Shown here piece by piece: positions 25,471 to 36,669 of a stretch of DNA of 64,000 nucleotides. Where the stretch lies: assembly GCF_963921235.1 (NCBI RefSeq), contig NC_086097.1, positions 255,690,001-255,754,000 of the forward strand. The letters are read 5' to 3'. Origin of the DNA: Mobula hypostoma. Lineage: Eukaryota. Position 1 is the stretch's first letter. The number at the start of each line of letters is the position of its first letter. A model generated the notes under the pieces. It did no database searches. It saw only the letters and a program-made list of their open reading frames with translations, and was not told where the DNA came from. The translations under genes were made by a program, and so were the position numbers.

Positions 25471-25814
25471 ACTAGGCAGAAAATGGTTCAGCACAGCCAA
25501 GTAGGGCCAAAGGGCCTGTTTCTGTGCTGTAGTTTCTATGGTTCTATGAAAGTGGTGTTAGGTAAATTGAAGGCAGATAAATCCCCAGGGCCAGATGGTC
25601 TGCATCCCAGAGTGCTCAAGGAAGTAGCCCAAGAAATAGTGGATGCATTAGTGATAATTTTTCAAAACTCTTTAGATTCTGGACTAGTTCCTGAGGATTG
25701 GAGGGTGGCTAATGTATCCCCACTTTTTAAAAAAGGAGGGGGAGAGAAACTGGGGAATTATAGACCGGTTAGCCTAACATCGGTGTTGGGGAAAATTCTA
25801 GAGTCAGTTCTTAA

Positions 25815-27510
25815 CTTTCTTAACTTAGCAGCAGCAGTTCAATGCGATGCATCATCTAGCAGAGAAAAATAATAATAATGATAATAATATATAAAATTAA
25901 AAAGTAATAAATAAACAAGTAAATCAATTATGTATATTGAATAGATCAAAAAACATGCAAAAATGGAAATACTGTATATTTTTAAAAAAGTGAGGTAGTG
26001 TCCATTTAGGGATCAGATGGCAGAGGGGAAGAAGCTGTTTCTGAATAGCTGAGTGTGTGCCTTCAGGCTTCTGTACCTCCTACCTCATGGTAACAGTGAG
26101 AAAAGTGGGTGCTGGAGGTCCTTAATAATGGACACTGCCTCTCTGAGACACCACTCCCTGAAGATGTCCTGTGTACTTTGCAGGCTAGTGCCCAAGATGG
26201 AGCTGACTAGATTTACAACCTTCTGCAGCTTCTTTCAATCCTGTGCAGTAGTCCCTCTACACCAGACAGTGATGCAGCCTGTCAGAATACTCTCCATGGT
26301 ACAACTGTAGAAGTTTTTGAGTGTATTTGTTGACATGCCAAATCTCTTCAAACTCCTAATAAAGTATAGCCACTGTCCTGCCTTAACTGCATCGATATGT
26401 TGGGACCAGGTTAGATCCTCAGAGATCGTGACACCCAGGAACTTGAAACTGCTCACTCTCTCCACTTCTGATCCCTCTATGAGGATTGGTATGTATTCCT
26501 TCGTCTTACCCTTCCTGAAGTCCACAATCAGCTCTTTCATCTTACTGACGTTGAGTGCCAGGTTGTTGCTGCGTCACCATTCCACTAGTTGGCATATCTC
26601 ACTCCTGTACGCCCTCTCATCACCATCTGAGATTCTACCAACAATGGTTGTATCATTGGCAAATTTATATAGGGTAGCTGAGGTATGCCTAGCCACACTG
26701 TCAAGTGTGTACAGAGAGTAGAGCAATGGGCTAAGCACACAGCCCTGAGGTGCACCAGTGTTGATCATCAGCGAGGAGGAGATGTTATCAGCAATCCACA
26801 CAGACTGTGGTCTTCCGGTTAGGAAGTCGAGGATCCGATTGCAGAGGGAGGTACAGGGGCCCAAGTTCTGCAACTTCTCAATCAGGATTGTGGGAATGAT
26901 GGTATTAAATGCTGAGCTATAGTTGGTGAACAGCATCCTGCTGCAGGTGTTTGTATTGTGCAGGTGGTCTAAAGCTGTGTGGAGAGCCATTGAGATTGCG
27001 TCTGCCGTTGACCTATTGTGATGATAGGCAAATTGCAATGTGTCCAGGTCCTTGCTGAGGCAGGAGTTCAGTCTGGACATAACCAACCTCTCAATACATT
27101 TCATCACTGTAGATGTGAGTGCTACCAGGTGATAGTCATTAAGGCAGCTCACATTATTCTTCTTAGGCACTGGTATAATTGTTCCCTTTTTGAAGCAGTA
27201 GGAACTTCTGCCCGTAGTAGTGAGAGGTTGAAAATGTCCTTGAATACTCCCACTAGTTGGTTGGCACAGCTTTTCTGAGCCTTACCAGATACTCCATTGT
27301 GACCTTCCACCTTGCGAGGGTTCACTCTCTTTAAAGACAGGGTAACATCAGCCTCTGAGATGGAGATCACAGGGTTATCAGGTGCAGCAGGGATCTTCAC
27401 AGCTGTAGTTGTGTTCTCCCTTTCAAAGCGGGCATAGAAGGTGTTGAGTTCATCTGGTAGTGAAGCATCACTGACATTCGTGCTATTGGGTTTCACTTTG
27501 TAGGAAGTAG
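25815..27510 (-). mobile_element. Rex1/Babar-type LINE, 5'-truncated and decayed
   Basis: [43 protein letters not shown]...VERVSSFKFLG, ESILTGCITVW. Confidence 0.88.
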
Positions 27511-27511
27511 T

Positions 27512-27646
27512 GTCCCTCCTCTCTCCAGTTTTCTCTCCCTCTCCCTTCTCCCCTCTCCCCTCTCCCCCTCTCTCCTCTCTCCTCTTTCCTCTTTCCTCTG
27601 TCTCTCCCCCTTTCTCCTCTCTGTCTTCTCCCCCCTGTCCCCCCCA
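27512..27646. repeat. CT-rich polypyrimidine low-complexity tract
   Basis: About 130 nt of almost pure C/T. Confidence 0.9.
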
Positions 27647-28009
27647 TTTGGACCATACCTGACAAAGCTAAGCACACAAGGCATAGAAAGATGGCAATAA
27701 GTCAAGAAAAGAAACAGAGATTCCAAGTGATTACACCAGAATTATTGCTATAACTTGACACTGCTGACCTGAACAATTAGCATGGAAACTAGAAAGTGCC
27801 CCATCATCTGAAAAACTGCAGCTTCTTGAGCTCATTTTGAGTTTAATTTGTGTGACCATGACATAGGAGCAGAATTAGGCCATTCAGCCCATTGAGTCTG
27901 TTCTGCCATTCATTCATGCTGATATATTATCCCTCTCAATCCCATTCTCCTGTCTTCTCCCGATAACCTTTGAGTTACATCTCTTTAATTTCAATCTTTT
28001 CTCGTTTGC

Positions 28010-29150
28010 TGACATCAAGAAAGATGTACAGGAGCCTCAGGACTCACATCAGAGCCAGGAACAGTTATTACCCCTCAACCATCAGGCTTTTGAACCGTTA
28101 GGGATAACTTCACTCAACTTCACTCACCCCTATCATTCAACTGTCCACAACCTAAGACAGGGGTCCCCAACCTTTTTTGCACCGCGGACAATATTCTTGC
28201 GGACCAGCCGACTGGGGGGTCGGGTGTGGTGTTAATCACGACCGGAATATAAATGATAAGTCAGTGGCTAATACACTCAATTTCATTTCTAAAAGGGATT
28301 ATCTAATGAATTTAATATTAAACACACAGCACATATTTTCCCCGTGTGAACATATAAAATCATTGCAACACACCAATATCGCTGAATCAGTGGGAGCCCT
28401 GGGCTTGTTTTCCTGCAACAAGACAGTCCCATCGAGGGGTGATGGGAGACAGTGATACTTGAAGGGGGTTCCTCACGTCCAGTCAATTCAGCAATTTAGT
28501 TTTCGTTGCATTCATTGCAGAAAAGCCCGCTTCGCAGAGATATGCTGGAAATGGAAGCAACATTTTCAGTGCTTCCTTGGCTGTCTCAGGATATTCAGCC
28601 TTGACTTTGATCCAGAATGCCAGCAGAGATGTTAGGTCAAACATACTTTACAGCCCACCGTCATTTGCAAGCTGGAGGAGTTGATCTTCTTCCCGCACTG
28701 ACATGGATAACGCATGCGTCATGACCTTGCATGCGTAATGACCTCACGTGCATTCAAATTCCAACAGTGGGCTTGACAGGGAATGAGGAAAGGTGCAGCT
28801 GACTCATATCGTATCATATCGCCAAATCATATCGTTTCCTCGCCACCCAGTAGCACATGCTTTGCAGCCTAGTGGTTGGGGACCACTGACCTAAGGACTC
28901 ACTTTCAAACATTCATCATCTCATGTTCTCGATATTTATGCTTATTTATTAAAAGTCATTTATTTTTTCTTTCATTTCTATTTAGTTTGTTGAAATTTGC
29001 AGATTGGTTGTTTGTCTGTTCTGTTGGGTACAGTCTTTCATTAATTCTATTGTGTTTATTTGTATTTACTGTGAATGCCCGCAAGATACTGAATCTCAGA
29101 GTTACATATGGTGACATATGTCCTTTGACAATACATTTACTTTTAACTTT
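28010..29150 (+). mobile_element. Rex/Babar-related 3' end or derived SINE tail, split by the hAT element
   Basis: 'tacaggagcctcaggactcac...ccctcaaccatcaggct'. Tail 'gaatctcagagttacatatgg...tttacttttaacttt', which recurs at 43140-43255. Confidence 0.6.
28158..28888 (-). mobile_element. Non-autonomous hAT/Charlie (Charlie3/MER1-like) DNA transposon, 731 bp
   Basis: 15-bp TIRs CAGGGGTCCCCAACC / GGTTGGGGACCACTG. 8-bp TSD ACCTAAGA / ACCTAAGG. Transposase C-terminus FWIKVKAEYP...LLPFP.YLCEAGFSAM...KQAQGSH* on the minus strand (about 28387-28695). Confidence 0.92.
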
Positions 29151-29189
29151 AGATACAAAAGATAGATCCAGAGAGTATACTGACACTTG

Positions 29190-31750
29190 AGCAAAGAGGC
29201 TGTACTTGATCTGGTATTGGGAAACGAACCTGGTCAGCTGTCAAATCTCTCAGTGCGAGAGCATTTTGGAGATAGTGATCATAATTCTATCTCCTTTACA
29301 ATAGCATTGGAGAGAGATAGAAACAGACAAGTTAGAAAAGCGTTTAATTGGAGTAAGGGGAATTGTGAGGCTATCAGGCAGGAAGTTGGAAGCTTCAATT
29401 GGGAACAGATGTTCTCAGGGAAAAGTACGGAAGAAATGTGGCAAATGTTCAGGGGATATTTGTGTGGAGTTCTGCACAGGTACGTTCCAATGAGACAGGG
29501 AAGTTATGGCAGTGTACAGGAATCGTTGTGTACAAAGGCTGTAATAAATCTAGTCAAGAAGAAAAGAAAAGCTTACAAAAGGTTCAGAGAGCTAGGTAAT
29601 GTTAGAGATCTAGAAGATTATAAGGCTAATAGGAAGGAGCTTAAAAAGGAAATTAGGAGAGCCAGAAGGGGCCATGAGAAGGCCTTGGCAGGCAGGATTA
29701 AGGAAAACCCCAAGGCATTCTACAAGTATGTGAAGAGCAAGAGGATAAGACATGAAAGAATAGGACCTATCAAGTGTGACAGTGAGAAAGTGTGTATGAA
29801 ACCAGAGGAAATAGCAGAGGTACTTAATGAATACTTTACTTCAGTATTCACTACAGAAAAGGATCTTGGTGATTGTAGTGATGACTTGCAGCAGACTGAA
29901 AAGCTTGAGCATGTACATATTAAGAAAGGGGATGTGCTGGAGCTTTTGGAAAGCATCAAGTTGAATAAGTCGCCGGGAGCAGATGAGATGTACCCCAGGA
30001 TACTGTGGGAGGTGAGGGAGGAGATTACTGAGCCTCTGGTGATGATCTTCGCATCATCACTGGGGACGGGAGAGGTTCTGGAGGATTGGAGGGTTGCGGA
30101 TGTTGTTCCTTTATTCAAGAAAGGGAGTAGAGATAGCCCAGGAAATTATAGACCAGTGAGTCTTACCTCAGTGGTTGGTAAGTTGATGGAGAAGATCCTG
30201 AGAGGCAGGATTTATGAACATTTGGAGAGGTATAATATGATTAGGAATCGTGAGCATGGCTTTGTCAAGGGCTGGTCTTCTACAGGGGTAGTGGAGGTAT
30301 AATTTGTCCATCTCTGCTGATCACCCAATCATTGACTAAACTGTTCCACCATGAACACGATCTGTTATGAGTCAACATGATGCTTTCAGATCAAGTCATG
30401 CATAGCACATGCCTCCGCCGCACTGCTCAGGTGTGTTTCTGGGGTACAGGGGCTAGCGACCCTTGTACCTGTTATTTTTTTTTGTGTTTTATCACTGACC
30501 AGCAGTGAACCATCTGATTGGCTTATCAGAGTTCTCTTTGGGAACTAGTTGACTTGATAAGCATTTCTGATCTGGCTATTGTTCATGGTTGCACTTAATA
30601 AAAAAAAAGGTCATGCCTTATGAGCCTGATTGAATTTTTTGAGGATGTGACTAAACACATTGATGAAGGAAGAGCAGTAGATGTAGTGTATGTGGATTTC
30701 AGCAAGGCATTTGATAATGTACCCCATACAATGTTTATTGAGAAAGTAAGGAGGGATGGGATCCAAGGGGACATTGCTTTGTGGATCCAGAACTGGCTTG
30801 CCCACAGAAGGCAAAGAGTGGTTGTAGATGGGTCATATTCTGCATGGAGGTCGGTCACCAGTGGAGTGCCTCAGGGATCTGTTCTGGGACCCCCAATCTT
30901 TGTGATTTTTATAAATGACCTGGATGAAGAAGTGGAGGGATGGGCTAGTAAGTTACTGATAGCACAAAGGTTGGAGGTGTTGTGGATAGTGTGGCGGGCT
31001 TTCAGAGGGTCATTGATAGGATGCAAAACTGGGCTGAGAAGTGGCAGATGGAGTTCAACCCAGATAAGTGTGAAGTGGTTCATTTTGGTAGGTCAAATAT
31101 GATGGCAGAATATAGAATTAATGGTAAGACTCTTGGCAGTGTGGAGGATCAGAGGGATCTTGGGGTCCGAGTCCAAAGGACACTCAAAGTTACTGTGCAG
31201 GTTGACTCTGTGGTTAAGAAAGCATACGGTGCATTGGCCTTCATCAATCGTGGGATTGAGTTTAGGAGCCGAGAGGTAATGTTGCGGCTATATAGGACCC
31301 TGGTCAGACCCCACTTGGAGTACTGTGCTCAGTTCTGGTCACCTCACTACAGGAAGGATGTGGAAGCCATAGAAAGGGTGCAGAGGAGATTTACAAGGAC
31401 GTTGCCTGGCTTGGGGAGCATGCCTTATGAGAATAGGTCGAGGCTTTTTCCCAGGGCTGAAATGGCTGCCACAAGAGGGCACAGGTTTAACGCGCTTGGG
31501 TGTAGATACAGAGGAGAAGTCAGGGGTAAGTTTTTTACGCAGAGAGTGGTGAGTGCGTGGAATGGGCTGCTGGCATTGATGGTGGAGGTGGATACGATAG
31601 GGTCTTTTAAGAGACTTTTGGATAGGTACATGGAGCTTAGTGAAATAGAGGGCTATAGGTAAACCTACTAATTTCTAAGGTAGGGACATGTTCGGCACAA
31701 CTTTGTGGGCCAAAGGGCCTGCATTGTGCTGTAGGTTTTCTATGTTTCTA
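29190..31750 (+). mobile_element. CR1 LINE (subfamily C), 5'-truncated, split by the insertion at 30278-30607
   Basis: ORFs 29187-30302, 30620-31102 and 30982-31662. Tail 'ttttctatgtttcta'. Confidence 0.93.
30278..30607 (+). mobile_element. Unassigned A-tailed retroposed insertion, about 330 bp
   Basis: Splits host 'gtcaagggc-aggtc-atgcc' with a probable 5-bp TSD (tggtc / aggtc). Ends 'cacttaataaaaaaaaa'. Confidence 0.75.
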
Positions 31751-31923
31751 AATAAACTGGAAGCTCAGGGTCACATTTGCAACTGCAAGGATGTGTTTGC
31801 TGTGCAATCAACACCATCTTTGCAAGGATTTACATTCAAAAGGCAGGAGGGAGGTGATGTTGGTCCATTGAAAGAAAAGATTTGCTGCTGCATTCTCAAT
31901 TTCAAGAGAAAGGAAATTTTTGG

Positions 31924-33057
31924 TGTAATGCCCCAGTTAAGATTTTTGCAGCTATGCTATAGGTATTTCATTTTAGCATTTCTGTAAAAGCAGTTTGTTC
32001 TGCTTTTAGCACATTTGGATTTTTGGTGAAAGGTAAGGGGCTATGATGTTCAAATTAGGAATGTTGTGTCAGCCAATCAGGGTGGTGGAATTTGGAGAAG
32101 GTTTTAGGGAAGGCAGGGTGGAGAGAGATTTGTGATGGACACTGACGTGTGGTTTGTGGTCTTTTTTGGTGGGAGGTTCAGAGAGGACAGGAGGGAGAAT
32201 GGCTGAGGATGTTGTGGGAAGGATGTCCCCATTGAACAAGATGTTTTGTGTAGATGAATGAACCCAAGGAGGAACAGCCAATACGCAAGAGCGAATAACC
32301 GTTTGTTCAAGATGGATTTCCAGCGATGGTCAGATGTGGTGTATGCTTTCACTCAGACTGGGTCCAGAATGTGGGTAAAAGACAACTTCAAGATGAGCTC
32401 TACTGATGTGCACATTGGGACTGGTTTAATTGTTCTGGGCACTTTTTTTTTGCTGTTTCATTTTTCCTACTAACTGTTAGAAAAAGCTGAAATTTGTAAA
32501 TATACTTTCTTTATAACTTTATGCAGTGTTGTAGTGGTGTGCTACACACAGCGCTAGAATAATGACACGTAGTCGGTGAGTTGGAGTTGCGATAAAAAGA
32601 TTTATTCAAACTTCGTGGCCTCCTTTAAAGCCTTCCCTTTCCCGCCCTCCCTGGGCGGGACTGCTGTGGGGAAAGCATATTCCCAGACCCTTCCCGCGCA
32701 GGATTTTCCTCCTGCTGGTGAAGATGGCCTGGTGCCCTTTTTGGGGCCGGCCTCTCTACCGGCGCGTGCTGTTTCGTGAGCCGGTTCGAGTGCGCTGGAA
32801 AGTGGGTCGCCACAGTGTACAATTTATTATAGCTTGCTGACCGACAATTGTGTATGGCAGTATTTATGCAGCATTTGCTCAAATGGAGGTTTCTTCGATT
32901 GGAACATCATAACATTCCTGTTTGGTTCAACTCCAAATCATACTGACCGTGGACACCTATTGTTTATGAAAGGTGGTTTTCTCACCGACGAGTCCCGTGG
33001 CTGTTAGTGTGGCAGGCAACGAGCCAAGTTTCCATATAAGCCCGGTGTGAGGCTACA
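31924..33057. mobile_element. Probable long LTR that hosts the nested solo LTR
   Basis: TGTAATGCC...GGCTACA termini and an internal CCAAT. No TSD recognised. Confidence 0.4.
32530..32814 (-). mobile_element. Solo LTR, 285 bp, probably Gypsy
   Basis: TG...CA ends, 4-bp TSD GTGT (32526-32529 / 32815-32818), and AATAAA on the minus strand. Confidence 0.85.
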
Positions 33058-33059
33058 TA

Positions 33060-33115
33060 CAGTGCCTATAGAAAGTGATCACCCCCCCAACTTTGTAGTT
33101 TTCTTGTTTATTGTT
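33060..33115 (+). mobile_element. Tc1/mariner terminal inverted repeat fragment
   Basis: TA|CAGTGCCTATAGAAAGTGATCACCCCC resembles Tc1 TIR starts. Confidence 0.55.
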
Positions 33116-33117
33116 TT

Positions 33118-35518
33118 TTGTGCAAGATAGTTTTTTGCAGCAATTCATAAAGGTACCAACTAGAGAAGGGGCAGTGTTGGATCTCCTGTTAGGGAATGAG
33201 ATAGGGCAGGTGACGGAGATATGTGTTGGGGAGGACTTCGGGTCCAGTGATCACAATACCATTAGTTTCAGTATAGTTATGGAGAAGGATAGGACTGGAC
33301 CTAGGGTTGAGATTTTTGATTGGAGAAAGGCTAACTTTGAGGAGATGCGAAAGGATTTAGAAGGAGTGGATTGGGACAATTTGTTTAATGGGAAGGATGT
33401 AATAGAGAAATAGAGGTCATTTAAAGGAAAAATTTTGAGGGTAGAGAATCGTTACGTTCCTGTTAGGTTGAAAGGAAAGGTTAAAAGCTTGAGAGATCCA
33501 TGGTTTTCAAGGGATATAGGAAACTTGGTTTGGAAAAAGAGAGGGATCTACAATAATTATAGGCAGCTTGGAGTTAATGAGGTGCTCGAGGAATATAAAG
33601 AATGTAAAAAGAACCTCAAGAAAGAAATTAGAAAAACTAAAAGAAGATACGAGGCCGCTTTAACAAGTAAGGTGAAAATAAATCCAAAGGGTTTCTACAG
33701 TTATATTAATAGCAAAGGGATAGTGAGGGATAAAATTGGTCCCTTAGAGAATCAGAGTGGACGGCTATGTGCGGAGCCAAACGAGATGGGGGACACTTTG
33801 AGCAATTTCTTTTCCTCGGTATTCAATAAGGAGAAGGATATTGAATCGTGTAAGGTAAAGGAAACAAGGATGGTAGTTATGGAAAGTATGACGATTAAAG
33901 AAGAGGAAGTACTGGCGCTTTTAAGGAATATAAAAGTGAATAAGTCTCGGGGTCCAGACGAGATATTCCCTAGGACCTTGAGGGAAGTTAGTGTGGAAAT
34001 AGCAGGGGCTCTGACAGAAATATTTCAAATGTCATTAGAAACGGGGATGGTGCCGGAGGATTGGCGTATTGCTCATGTGGTTCCATTGTTTAAAAAGGGT
34101 TCTAAGAGTAAACCTAGCAATTATCGGCCTGTGAGTTTGATGTCAGTGGTGGGTAAATTGATGGAAAGTATTCTTAGAGATGGTATATATAATTATCTGG
34201 ATAGACAGGGTCTGATTAGGAACAGTCAACATGGATTTGTGCATGGAAGGTCATGTTTGACAAATCTTATTGAATTTTTTGAAGAGGTTACTAGGAAAAT
34301 TGACGAGGGTAAAGCGGTGGATGTTGTCGATATGGGCTTCAGTAAGGCCATTGACAAGGTTCCACATGGAAGGTTAGTTAGGAAGGTTCAATCGTTAGGT
34401 ATTAATATTGAAGTGGTAAAATGGATTCAACAGTGACTGGATGGGAGATGCCAGAGAGTAGTGGTGGATAACTGTTTGTCAGGTTGGAGGCCGGTGACTA
34501 GTGGTGTGCCTCAGGGATCTGTACTGGGTCCAATGTTGTTTGTCATATATATTAATGATCTGGATGATGAGGTGGTAAATTGGATTAGTAAGTAAGAAGA
34601 TGATACTAAGATGGGTGGCGTTGTGGATAATGAAGTAGGTTTTCAAAGCTTGCAGAGAGATTTAGGCCAGTTAGAAGAGTGGGCTGAAAGATGGCAGATG
34701 GAGTTTAATGCTGATAAATGTGAGGTGCTACATTTTGGTAGGACTAATCAAAATAGGACGTACATGGTAAATGGTAGGGCATTGAAGAATGTTGTAGAAT
34801 AGAGGGATCTAGGAATAATGGTGCATAGTTCCCTGAAGGAGGAATCTCATGTGGATAGGGTGGTGAAGAAAACTTTTGGTATGTTGGCCTTTATTACTCA
34901 GAGCATTGAGTATAGGAGTTGGGATGTAATGTTGAAATTGTATAAGGCATTGGTAAGGCCAAATTTGGAGTATTGTGTACAGTTCTGGTCACCGAATTAT
35001 AGGAAAGATGTCAATAAAATTGAGTGAGTACAGAGGAGGTTTACTAAAATGTTGCCTGGGTTTCATCTCCTAAGTTACAGAGAAAGGTTGAACAAGTTGT
35101 GTCTTTATTCTTTGGAGCGTAGAAGGTTGAGGGGGGACTTGATAGAGGTGTTTAAAGTTATGAAAGGGATTGATAGAGTTGAAGTGGATAGGCTTTTTCC
35201 ATTGAGAATGGGGGAGATTCAAATAAGAGGACATGAGTTGAGAGTTAAAGGGCAAAAGTTTAGGGGTAACATGAGGGGGAACTTCTTTACTCAGAGAGTG
35301 GTAGCTGTGTGGAACGAGCTCCCAGCAGAAGTGGTTGAGGCAGGCTTGATGTTGTCATTTAAAGTTAAATTGGACAGCTATATGGACAGGAAAGGAATGG
35401 AGGGTTATTGGCTGAGTGCAGGTCGGTGGGACTAGGTGAGAGTAAGAGTTCAGCACGAACTAGAAGGTCCGAGATGGCCTGTTTCCATGCTGTAATTGTT
35501 ATTTGGTTATATGGTTTT
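33118..35518 (+). mobile_element. CR1 LINE (subfamily D), 5'-truncated, with several stops
   Basis: ORFs from 33111 to 35435 with APE C-terminal and RT motifs. Tail 'ttatttggttatatgg'. Confidence 0.93.
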
Positions 35519-35644
35519 ACAACATTCTGGATCCACAAAGCAAGGTCCCCTTGGATTCCATGCCTCCTTACTTTCTCGATAGCCTTGCATAGGGTACCTT
35601 AAATAAATAAAGGGAATTCCAGCTTCTTTCCGAAAGAAGAAATA

Positions 35645-35890
35645 ATAGTGGGGTGGTGTACATGAGTTCATTGTCCATTCAGAAATCTGACGAGATGAAG
35701 CTGTTCCTGAAAAGTTGAATGTGTGCCTTCAGGCTCCTGTACCTCTTCGCTGATTGTAGCAATGAGAAGCGGGCATGTCCTGGGTCTTTAATGATGGATG
35801 ACACCTTTTTGAGGCATTGCTTTTTGAAGATGTCCTCAATGCTGGAGAGGCCAGTGCCCACGATGGAGCCGGCAGAGTTTGCTGATCCCT
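35645..35890 (-). mobile_element. Rex/Babar 3' fragment
   Basis: SSIIKDPGH.RFSLLQS.KRYRSLKAH...FRNSF. Confidence 0.75.
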
Positions 35891-36669
35891 TCATGCTAGA
35901 CACTGGTGCAAACAGTTCAAATGCTCCTCACTATACATCTGTAGAAATTATCAAGTGTCTTTGGTATTGTTAAAGCTCTGTATATGATGGTGGCAATGTG
36001 TAGATGAGAAACATTTGGAAATTGACAGCGACAACCAGTTCAGGATGAAAGCAGATAATGACTTTGATAAGGTCATCAGGCTATGTGAAATATATGTGAC
36101 TTGGTAGCTAATATTCTGCACATTTCTTGTTGCTGTACTGTATTTGTATTTTTGGGGGGGATTTGACTGGTTGAATTGGGTAGACGCATTCTGTTTTCCT
36201 CTCTCATACTTCCGTGGCCTGACTACAGTTATTTTAAGCTATTAGTTATTTAACAGGTTGACTCTGTGGTTAAGAAGGCATTCGGTGTATTGGCCTTCAT
36301 CAATCGTGGGATTGCGTTTAGGAGCCAAGAGGTAATGTTGCAGCTATATAGGACACTGGTCAGACCCCACTTGGAGTACTGTGCTCAATTCTGGTCACCT
36401 CACTACAGGAAGGTTGTGGAAATCATAGAAAGGGTGCAGAGGAGATTTACAAGGGTGTTGCCTGGATTGGGGAGCATGCCTTATGGGAATAGGTTGAGTG
36501 AACTCGGCCTTTTTATCCTTGCAACGAAGGAGGATGAGAGGTGATCTGATAGAGGTGTATAAGATGATGAGAGGCATTGATTGTGTGGATAGTCAGAGGC
36601 TTTTTCCCAGGGCTGAAAGGGCTAGCACGAGAGGGCACAGTTTTAAGGTGCTTGGAAGTAGGTACAGAG

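Larger units (their letters stand above)
21314..25548 (+). mobile_element. Full-length CR1 LINE (5'UTR, ORF1, ORF2, 3' tail), inactivated by point mutations and indels
   Basis: About 310-bp GC-rich 5'UTR, then ORF1 and ORF2 as listed below. Tail 'gtttctatggttctatg'. Confidence 0.95.
20059..25812 (+). mobile_element. CR1 LINE (subfamily B) ORF2 fragment, split by a full-length CR1
   Basis: NARSIRNKVDE start. Host 'gaaatacatgtta' (ending 21313) resumes as 'aagtggtgttagg' (25550), as in the unsplit copy at 40911-40945. Confidence 0.92.

Noticed and set aside
35970..36110. Possible host exon or Gypsy gag remnant (...DEKHLEIDSDNQF...DFDKVIRLCE...)
   Set aside because: Short, flanked by stops, and only weakly similar. 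It cannot be supported without a search.
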